A stretch of 64,000 nt of DNA from Gemmatimonadaceae bacterium (GTDB taxonomy: Bacteria > Gemmatimonadota > Gemmatimonadetes > Gemmatimonadales > Gemmatimonadaceae), in contig DASYSS010000104.1 in assembly GCA_036003045.1 (NCBI GenBank), positions 94,901-158,900 on the forward strand, in the 5' to 3' direction. This document shows positions 47,737-54,904 of the stretch, piece by piece (position 1 is the stretch's first letter; each line of letters starts with the position of its first letter). A program made the translations under genes and the position numbers. Under the pieces are notes generated by a model. That model was not told the DNA's origin. It saw only the letters and a list, made by a program, of their open reading frames with translations, and searched no databases.

Positions 47737-50377
47737 GCGCTGGCGACGTTATCTCCGATTCTGGGGACCGGACGTCGACGGCGACATCGACGACGAACTG
47801 TCGTATCACGTCGAGCGACTGACCGAATTCTTCGTGTCGCGAGGATTGTCGCCCGAGGACGCGCGGCAAGCGGCGGCCAAGGCGTTCGGCGACGTGAAAG
47901 ACGTGCGCACCCGGCTGCACGCGCACGACCGCCGCAAGCTGAGCCGATCGAGGAGACAACACATGCTGCAGGATCTCGCACAGGATCTTCGCTACGCGTT
48001 GCGCCGCCTGCGCGCCGAGCCGCGCTTCTCGGCGTTCGTGATCCTGGTGTTGGCGCTCGGCATCGGCGCGAACACGGCGATCTTCAGCGCGATCGACACC
48101 GCGTTCCTCAAGCCGCTTCCGTTTGCGTCGGCGGACCGTCTGGTCTCGATCGCCGGCCTGGAGCTGCCGCTCGACTTGGCGACGCGACCAAAGTCCTTCG
48201 CGACGATGGACGATTTCACGGCGGATTCGACGGTGTTCGCCGAGGTCGCCGCGTACGCGAGCGGCGGCCTCAATCTCACCGCCGGCGGCGCTGAGCCGGA
48301 GCGCGTGAAAATCGCGTACGTGACGTCGCGATTCTTCGCGACGCTCGGCAAACAGGCGGCCGTGGGACGCACCCCGGCGCCCGACGAATACGCCAAGGGC
48401 GGACCGCCGACCGTGGTGATCTCGCACGGCGTGTGGCAGCGAGAGTTCGGCGGGCGGAACGTCGTGAACCGCACGCTGGAGCTGAACGGTAAGGGCTATC
48501 GCATCGTCGGCGTCATGCCCGCGGACTTCGGCTTTCCGGGGCGCACCGAGGTCTGGATTCCGCTCGCGCTGCCGTTCGGCCTCGACATCATGTCGGCCTT
48601 TCGGAACTTCGTGCCGTCCGTTTTCATCAGCCGTCTCGCGCCCGCCGCCACCGTCGCGCAGGCGGCGCAGCACGCCGACGTCATCAGAAAGCGATATCGC
48701 ACCATCAAGCCGGGGGACGATCCAGTCTCGCGGTTGGTGCGTCCGCTGCAAGCGACGCTCGTCGGTGACCGGCAGACCAGCTTGATCGTGCTCGGCGCGA
48801 GCGCGGCGCTGCTCCTTCTCATCGCCTGCGCGAACGTCATGAATCTGCTTCTGTCGCGCGCGGCGGCCCGCAGGCGGGAGTTGGCGATCCGTGTCGTACT
48901 CGGCGCGACGCGCCTCCGCATCACTCGACAGCTCGTAGTCGAAAGCCTGCTCCTCGCCGCCACGGGCGCGGCGATCGCCGTCGTTGCCGCGCGGTTCGCC
49001 GTGCGCATTCTATCGGCGACGCTGCCGCCGAATCTCGCCGACGTGTCGCCGCCCGGCGTCGACGGGCGCGTGTTGGCGTTCACGATGCTCGTCGCGCTGG
49101 CGACCAGTTTGGTCTTCGGCGTCGCGCCCGCGCTCGGCGCGTCGCGAACCGATCTCGGTGAGGCGATGAAGTCGGCTGGCGCCGGCGGCGGCGGCACGCG
49201 CCGTCGGGCGGCCGGCGCGCGTGGGGGAGGGGCGCTCGTTGTGGCTGAAGTGTCGCTTGCCGTGATGTTGCTCGTCGGCGCTGGATTGATGCTGGAGAGT
49301 CTCGACGCGCTGCTTCGCACGGATTCCGGCTTTCGGCCGGAGCGGGTCGTGACGGGGCGTCTCGTTTTTTCGGAAACGCGCTATCCCAATCCGGCCGCCA
49401 AGGCGGTGTTCTTCACCCGCGTGCTGGAGCGGCTTCGAGCCACGCCGGGAATCTCCTCGGCGGCCGCGGTAAGCGCGTTGCCGATGGAGGGCGTGGGAAA
49501 CATCGGTCTTCGCGTCGCGCCGGCGGACGCCCCGGAAGACACGACGAGGATGGGGCTCGGACTGTACCTCATGGCGACGCCGGGCTACTTCGCAACGATG
49601 GGCGTGCCGTTGCGCGGGCAAGATCTTCCGGCGTTGTCGGACACCGCGCATCGCGCCGCCGTCATCAATCAGTCGTTGGCGCACGCGTTGTGGCCGGATC
49701 GTGAAGCCGTCGGACGCCAACTGTTGTTGGGCGAGGAGCGACGCACAGTCATCGGAGTCGTCGGCGACATACGCACCCGCCGACTCGACGAGACGCCGGA
49801 CGGTCAGCTGTATCTGCCGATGTCGGAGCAACCCCAGGCGTACGCATCGATCGTGGCGAAGGGCTCCGGCCAGCCGCCGGCGATGCTGGCGGCGCTGCGC
49901 GAGGCGGTTCACGCCACCGATCCGATGGAGCCGCTATACTCGATGGCCACGATGAATGACGTCATCGAGACGACCGTGGCGCCGCGGCGCACGAACACGA
50001 TGCTGCTGGCGCTCTTCGGTTCGCTCGCCGTCGTCCTCGCCGCCGTCGGAGTTTTCGCGGTGCTCTCGTATGGCGTCGAGCAACGCCGCCGAGAGATTGG
50101 CGTGCGCGTCGCGCTCGGCGCGCAGCGGGGTGACGTGATCCGATTGGTGGTGAGGCAGGGAGTCGCGCTGGCGGGCGTGGGAGCGTTGATCGGTCTCATC
50201 GCGGCGTTCGTGTTGTCGAGATTCGTCGCTTCGATGCTGTACGCGGTGAGCCCGAGAGATCCGCTGGTCTTCGCGGGTGCAGCCGCGTTGCTGGCCGTGG
50301 TGGCGCTGCTTGCGACATTTGGTCCGGCGATGCGGGCGACAGGCGTCGATCCGCTGACCACGTTGCGCGAGGAATAG
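47729..50377 (+). CDS. ADOP-like duplicated FtsX/MacB permease with a 'permease prefix' region (module C)
   Basis: The TTG start overlaps padR by 8 bp. WRRYLRFWGPDVDGDIDDELSYHV prefix. Two FtsX halves. The C-terminus reads RATGVDPLTTLREE. Confidence 0.9.
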   Translation: MSERWRRYLRFWGPDVDGDIDDELSYHVERLTEFFVSRGLSPEDARQAAAKAFGDVKDVRTRLHAHDRRKLSRSRRQHMLQDLAQDLRYALRRLRAEPRFSAFVILVLALGIGANTAIFSAIDTAFLKPLPFASADRLVSIAGLELPLDLATRPKSFATMDDFTADSTVFAEVAAYASGGLNLTAGGAEPERVKIAYVTSRFFATLGKQAAVGRTPAPDEYAKGGPPTVVISHGVWQREFGGRNVVNRTLELNGKGYRIVGVMPADFGFPGRTEVWIPLALPFGLDIMSAFRNFVPSVFISRLAPAATVAQAAQHADVIRKRYRTIKPGDDPVSRLVRPLQATLVGDRQTSLIVLGASAALLLLIACANVMNLLLSRAAARRRELAIRVVLGATRLRITRQLVVESLLLAATGAAIAVVAARFAVRILSATLPPNLADVSPPGVDGRVLAFTMLVALATSLVFGVAPALGASRTDLGEAMKSAGAGGGGTRRRAAGARGGGALVVAEVSLAVMLLVGAGLMLESLDALLRTDSGFRPERVVTGRLVFSETRYPNPAAKAVFFTRVLERLRATPGISSAAAVSALPMEGVGNIGLRVAPADAPEDTTRMGLGLYLMATPGYFATMGVPLRGQDLPALSDTAHRAAVINQSLAHALWPDREAVGRQLLLGEERRTVIGVVGDIRTRRLDETPDGQLYLPMSEQPQAYASIVAKGSGQPPAMLAALREAVHATDPMEPLYSMATMNDVIETTVAPRRTNTMLLALFGSLAVVLAAVGVFAVLSYGVEQRRREIGVRVALGAQRGDVIRLVVRQGVALAGVGALIGLIAAFVLSRFVASMLYAVSPRDPLVFAGAAALLAVVALLATFGPAMRATGVDPLTTLREE

Positions 50378-50390
50378 CCACCCGAGAAGA

Positions 50391-50420
50391 AAAGAGCGCC
50401 GGCAAACGCCGGCGCTCTTT
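50391..50420. terminator. Bidirectional rho-independent terminator
   Basis: AAAGAGCGCCGGC-aaac-GCCGGCGCTCTTT is a perfect 13-bp stem with A/T runs on both sides. It sits between the convergent stops at 50377 and 50442. Confidence 0.8.
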
Positions 50421-50441
50421 GCGCGAAGTCGCGCGGGGATC

Positions 50442-50720
50442 TTAGAGATCGTCCTCGCGCGAGCGATCCGGATCGCTGTCGGCGAAACGATTGCTCGATT
50501 CGTCGACCTTGTCACGCGACTCGTCGACCTTGCGCTCGGCACGGCCGAGCGCGTCCTTCACCTTGCCCTTCATTTCGTCGATCTTGCCCTTGATCTGGAG
50601 ATCTTTGTCGCCGCTCAGGCCGCCGGCCGCGTCCTTGACGTGACCCTTGAGCTTGTCGGCTTTGCCCTCGATCGAATCCTTGAAGCCTTCTTTTTTGAGG
50701 TCGTCTCGTTTCTCGTTCAT
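50442..50720 (-). CDS. CsbD-family general-stress protein with an acidic C-terminal tail
   Basis: The internal ATG is preceded by GGAGGAAGT. KGKADKLKGHVKDAAG..DKDLQIKGKIDEMKGKVKDALG are CsbD repeats. The upstream part of the ORF track has no support. Confidence 0.85.
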   Translation of the reverse strand: MNEKRDDLKKEGFKDSIEGKADKLKGHVKDAAGGLSGDKDLQIKGKIDEMKGKVKDALGRAERKVDESRDKVDESSNRFADSDPDRSREDDL

Positions 50721-50820
50721 ACTTCCTCCGGTTGTCGAGGCCGTTTGACGTGCCGCCTCGGCCATATCAATGGGCAAGGCAAGTGCCCTCGCTGCCGCTG
50801 AGGCCGTATTCTTCTGACCC

Positions 50821-51822
50821 ATGTTGATCCTCGACCAGCAGGCTGTCACTGATCTGCTCCCCATTCGAGAATGCATCGACTTGATGGTGTCGACGCTTTC
50901 CGCATTGGCGCGCGGTGAGACGATTCTTCCGCTCCGCACCGTCGTTTTGATTCCCGACACGAACGACGCGTTCGCGGTCATGCCGGCCTACATCGGCTCG
51001 CCGAAGACGATGGGCGCGAAGATCATCACGGTGTATCCGGGCAATCACGGCACGCAGTACGACTCGCACCAAGGTGCGGTGCTGCTGTTCGATCCGGACA
51101 ACGGCAGCCTCGCCGCGCTGCTCGATGCGACGGCCGTGACGACGATCCGCACGGCGGCGGTTTCCGCGGTGGCGACTTGGCTCCTCGCGCGGCCGAACGC
51201 GTCGACGCTCGCGATCGTCGGGGCCGGCGTCCAGGCGCACGCGCATCTCGAGTCGATGTGCGCCGTCCGCCCAATCAAGACGCTGCGTATCTGGAGCCGC
51301 ACGCCTTCCAACGCCGAGCGCCTCGCCGACGTCGCGCGCACCAAGTTCAGCCTCGAGACGACCATCTCGGCGTCGTGCGCCGACGCGGTGCGCGACGCCG
51401 ACGTGATTTGCACGACGACGTCGGCTCGCGCCCCAGTGCTCTTCGGTGAGTGGCTCACGCCGGGTACGCACATCAACGCCATTGGCGCGTCGCAGCGCAC
51501 GGCGCGTGAGCTCGATACCCAGTGCGTCGTACGTTCACGCCTCTACGTCGACCGGCGCGAGTCGGCGCTCAAGGAGCCCGGCGACACGCTCGTTCCGCTC
51601 GAAGAGGGCGCGATCACGCCCGACCACATCGTCGCCGAGATCGGCGAGCTGGCGATCGGGCGAGGTGAAGGACGGCGCGACGAGCGCGAGATCACGCTCT
51701 TCAAATCGCTCGGGCTGGCCATTGAAGATCTCGCGGCCGCGTCGTACGTGTACAACGCGGCGCGACGTGTGGGGGTGGGGGTGGAAGTGGAGCTCGGCGG
51801 GGCACGGCTTGAGGCACATTGA
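50821..51822 (+). CDS. Ornithine cyclodeaminase / mu-crystallin family NAD(P)-dependent enzyme
   Basis: The sequence AKIITVYPGN..., TTIRTAAVSAVATWLLARP, and the Rossmann motif LAIVGAGVQA are typical of the family. Confidence 0.9.
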   Translation: MLILDQQAVTDLLPIRECIDLMVSTLSALARGETILPLRTVVLIPDTNDAFAVMPAYIGSPKTMGAKIITVYPGNHGTQYDSHQGAVLLFDPDNGSLAALLDATAVTTIRTAAVSAVATWLLARPNASTLAIVGAGVQAHAHLESMCAVRPIKTLRIWSRTPSNAERLADVARTKFSLETTISASCADAVRDADVICTTTSARAPVLFGEWLTPGTHINAIGASQRTARELDTQCVVRSRLYVDRRESALKEPGDTLVPLEEGAITPDHIVAEIGELAIGRGEGRRDEREITLFKSLGLAIEDLAAASYVYNAARRVGVGVEVELGGARLEAH

Positions 51823-52759
51823 GCCGATCACGCTCGACGATGTCCGTGCGGCACAGAAGCGGATAGCGTCGACCGTACATCGCACGCCGCTCATTCGCCT
51901 CGAAGTGGACGGCCCGGCGACGATCTACCTGAAGCTCGAGAACCTCCAACCGATCGGCTCGTTCAAGCTCCGGGGTGCGACGAACGCCATTCGCTCGACG
52001 CGGCCCGGCTCTCTCGGCGACGGCGTGTACACGGCGAGCGCGGGAAACATGGCGCAAGGCGTCGCGTGGGGCGCACGCGACCTCGGCGTTCCGTGCACAG
52101 TCGTGATGCCCGACAGCGCACCGTCGACAAAGGTGAATGCCGTGAAGCGGCTTGGCGCTACGATCGTTCCACTGCCCTACGACGACTGGTGGCAGACGCT
52201 GCGCGACCACGGGCGCGCGGGAATGGCGGGGCGATTCATTCATCCTGTCGCCGACCGCGACGTGATGGCGGGCAACGGTACGATTGGTCTCGAGATCGTC
52301 GAGGATTTACCCGACGTCGATACGGTGCTCGTGCCATTCGGCGGCGGCGGACTCGTCTCGGGAATCGCGACCGCGGTGCGGGCGCTGCAGCCGAACGCCC
52401 GCGTGTACGGATGTGAAATCGAGACCTCAACACCGCTGACGGCCGCACTCACCGCCGGCCATCCCGTCGTCGTCGAGCGAACGCCGAGCTTCGTGGACGG
52501 CATCGGCGGGCGCGGCGTGCTCGAGGAGATGTGGCCGATCGTCTCGGACTTGGTGAGCGGGGCACTCGTTGCAACGCTGGCCGAGACAAAAGCGGCGATT
52601 CGTTTGATGGCCGAACGCGCGCGCGTCATCGCCGAAGGCGCGGGCGCGGTGCCGGTTGCCGCGGCTCTCGCAGGACGCGCAGGTTCTCGAACAATCGTGT
52701 GTGTCGTATCCGGCGGGAACATCGATACGCAAACGCTCGTCGAGATACTAACCGGATGA
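51809..52759 (+). CDS. PLP-dependent threonine/serine dehydratase-like enzyme
   Basis: The sequence TPLIRL...LKLENLQPIGSFKLRGATNAI contains the Lys of the SFKxRGA box. A GGGGL loop is present. The TTG start at 51809 is assumed (alternative GTG at 51767). It overlaps the upstream gene by 14 nt. Confidence 0.8.
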   Translation: MRHIEPITLDDVRAAQKRIASTVHRTPLIRLEVDGPATIYLKLENLQPIGSFKLRGATNAIRSTRPGSLGDGVYTASAGNMAQGVAWGARDLGVPCTVVMPDSAPSTKVNAVKRLGATIVPLPYDDWWQTLRDHGRAGMAGRFIHPVADRDVMAGNGTIGLEIVEDLPDVDTVLVPFGGGGLVSGIATAVRALQPNARVYGCEIETSTPLTAALTAGHPVVVERTPSFVDGIGGRGVLEEMWPIVSDLVSGALVATLAETKAAIRLMAERARVIAEGAGAVPVAAALAGRAGSRTIVCVVSGGNIDTQTLVEILTG

Positions 52760-52815
52760 CGGTGGACCGGTGGACCGGTAGACCGGTAGACCGGGAGACC
52801 GGGAGACCCGTAGAC
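52760..52815. repeat. Tandem octamer array, 7 units of CGGTRGAC type
   Basis: CGGTGGAC x2, CGGTAGAC x2, CGGGAGAC x2 and CCGTAGAC start on the base right after the stop codon at 52757-52759. Confidence 0.7.
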
Positions 52816-52879
52816 CGAACGCAACGCACCAACGGCCACGCCGCCATCGTAATCACACGGAAAAACTCAACGTAGATGA

Positions 52880-52953
52880 CGCAGACTTTGAAAATCCCGC
52901 AGACTGAGAACGGTGTTGGTTGTCCGTCTGCGTGGTCGCTGTTCAAGTCTGCG
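52880..52953. repeat. Inverted CGCAGAC/GTCTGCG unit clusters, a variant of the REP-like element
   Basis: CGCAGAC at 52880 and 52898. GTCTGCG at 52926 and 52947. It lies about 45 nt downstream of the minus-strand stop at 52996. Confidence 0.5.
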
Positions 52954-52995
52954 GAACCGTTGTTCCCTTTTTCGGTCCCGGACCTAGTGGCTCGA

Positions 52996-54051
52996 CTAGG
53001 GCTTTGGTAGCACGCTCGCCAGCTCGGGCACGCTGCTCGCGGCCGCCCAGTTTGGCATTCCGGTTTTCCAGACCAGGGTCGCTGCCGTGATCGCGCCCGA
53101 CGCCTTGAGCCCGGCCTCGTCGACCGGACCGCGGCGCTCGTTGCCGACGGCGTAGTACCAAACAACGGAGGGAAGCGGCGGCGGCTCCGATACGGACCGT
53201 GTGTTGGCGGCGGCGACCTGTTGGCCGACGACTGCGCCAACGCCGATCGCCATGCCCGCGCCGGCGGCGCCGTTGGGATTGCGGGCCGCGTCGCGGATCG
53301 CGTCGGCGCTCTGGAGACGCGTGTATCGGTCGAGATCGCCGAGCATGTTCATGCGCGTCTTTTGATCGAGCGTCGCTTCGACTTCGGGCGGCAGCGACAC
53401 GTTCTCGATGACGAGCTGCGTTATCGCCAGGCCGTACTGTTGGAACTGTGGCGCCACTTGCTCCTGCACGCGCGCGCCGATCTCGCCGTACTTGGACGAG
53501 AGCTCGTAGACTGACACGCTGCCGCCCGCGAGCACGACGCTCACCTTCGCGACGACGAGATCGCGGAGCTGTTCCGTGGTCTGATCGACGTGGAAGGTGG
53601 CGTTCGTCCCGACGAGCTCTTGGACGAACCGCTCCGCCTCGGTGACGCGGACGGCGTACGTGCCGAACGCGCGGAGGCGCACCGGTCCGAGCTCGGCATC
53701 GCGCACGATCACGGGATTCGACGTGCCCCACTTCTGCCCGATGAACTGGCGCGTGTTGAGGTAGATGACGTCGGCCTTGAACGGGCTGTGAAATCCGTAC
53801 TTCCAGCCCTGCAGACGCGACAACACGGGCACGTTTTCCGTGGAGAGCTCGTGGCGCCCGGGCATGAACATGTCGGCGATGTGGCCTTGGTCGACGAGGA
53901 TCGCGACCTGCGACTGCCGCACGATGAGCTGCGCGCCGTTCTTGATCTCGTTGTTCGGGCGCGAGAAACGCCACGCCATCGTGTCGTCGGTGTCGTCGAT
54001 CCACTCGATGACGTCGATCAGTTCGCCGGAGATGAATTCGCGCAGCGTCAT
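52996..54051 (-). CDS. SPFH/Band-7-like protein (YdjI-like) with a C-terminal GYF_2-type domain
   Basis: The start is MTLREFISGELIDVIEWIDD. The SPFH-like body resembles the 'virion core protein'-type family. The C-terminus VWYYAVGNERRGPVDEAGLKASGAITAATLVWKTGMPNWAAASSVPEL has the GYF_2 pattern. Confidence 0.85.
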   Translation of the reverse strand: MTLREFISGELIDVIEWIDDTDDTMAWRFSRPNNEIKNGAQLIVRQSQVAILVDQGHIADMFMPGRHELSTENVPVLSRLQGWKYGFHSPFKADVIYLNTRQFIGQKWGTSNPVIVRDAELGPVRLRAFGTYAVRVTEAERFVQELVGTNATFHVDQTTEQLRDLVVAKVSVVLAGGSVSVYELSSKYGEIGARVQEQVAPQFQQYGLAITQLVIENVSLPPEVEATLDQKTRMNMLGDLDRYTRLQSADAIRDAARNPNGAAGAGMAIGVGAVVGQQVAAANTRSVSEPPPLPSVVWYYAVGNERRGPVDEAGLKASGAITAATLVWKTGMPNWAAASSVPELASVLPKP

Positions 54052-54065
54052 AGGGGGAGATCTCG

Positions 54066-54818
54066 TTACGAGAAGAGAGTCTTGAGAATGAAATCCAGTG
54101 TCGCCGACCCCAGATCGATGGAGTGCGCGCTCGAGCCGCCGGTGGTGGGAAACGAGACGGTCGATGTGAACGTTCTCGTGACAACGATGTTCGGATCGAG
54201 GCCGATCGCCGAAGCCTGCGACGCCTTTCGCTCGGCCTCGGTGGCGCGCATGCGATCGAGCCCGCCGTTGGCCACGAACTGCAAGACGCCGCGCAGCTCG
54301 TCGCGCTCGAACCACACCCCGTGGTTCTTGCAGACGTCGACGATGATTCCCGACATCTTTCCGAAATTCACTCGGTTCATGACCTTGTCGCAGACCGCGC
54401 AGTGGACATAGCGCACCCGGCCTTGGTTCGGCGCCTGTGCGGCCATACCGCCGGCGCCGAGCGAGGTCATGACGGTGCCGCGCTCCTCGCGATTGCTGCA
54501 GAGCGCCGCGAAGTCATTCGGCGCGAGCCACGCGCTGCCGCACTGGTCGCATTGGTGGAGCGGCGTGGCGCCGAGCCGCACGGGATGCATCTCGCCGCTA
54601 CAGCCGGGGCATTTGAGCGTCTTGCCGTCGACCGACTCCGGCGCCTCGATCTTCGTGCCGCAGTGCGGACAGAACTGCGCGCCGACGAACATCGAGCCGA
54701 AGCACGACGGACACGCGACCACGGCGAGCCGCGAGCCGCAGTAGTCGCAGCGGGTCGCGTCAGTCGCGGCGGCGGCGCCGCAGTTGGGGCAGTTGAGCAG
54801 CGAAGAAGCGGAGGCCAT
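54066..54818 (-). CDS. Multi-zinc-ribbon protein with two simple ribbons and two TFIIB-type ribbons (YdjG-like)
   Basis: There are eight Cys pairs, six spaced CxxC and two CxnC: CPNCG..CDYCG, CPSCF..CPHCG, CPGCS..CDQCG (..AWL) and CAVCD..CKNHGVWFERDEL. Confidence 0.8.
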   Translation of the reverse strand: MASASSLLNCPNCGAAAATDATRCDYCGSRLAVVACPSCFGSMFVGAQFCPHCGTKIEAPESVDGKTLKCPGCSGEMHPVRLGATPLHQCDQCGSAWLAPNDFAALCSNREERGTVMTSLGAGGMAAQAPNQGRVRYVHCAVCDKVMNRVNFGKMSGIIVDVCKNHGVWFERDELRGVLQFVANGGLDRMRATEAERKASQASAIGLDPNIVVTRTFTSTVSFPTTGGSSAHSIDLGSATLDFILKTLFS

Positions 54819-54904
54819 CGTGGGAGCGTGGATCGGTCGTCGGAGGAGGCGCTGCGAGGCGCCACCTCCGGACGAAGACGACCACGCCGGATGACCGGCA
54901 ACCG

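Noticed and set aside
52760-52815. Octamer arrays (also 44222-44263) considered as a CRISPR array
   Set aside because: The units are 8 bp and directly abutting, with no unique spacers of about 30 bp. There are no cas genes in the window.
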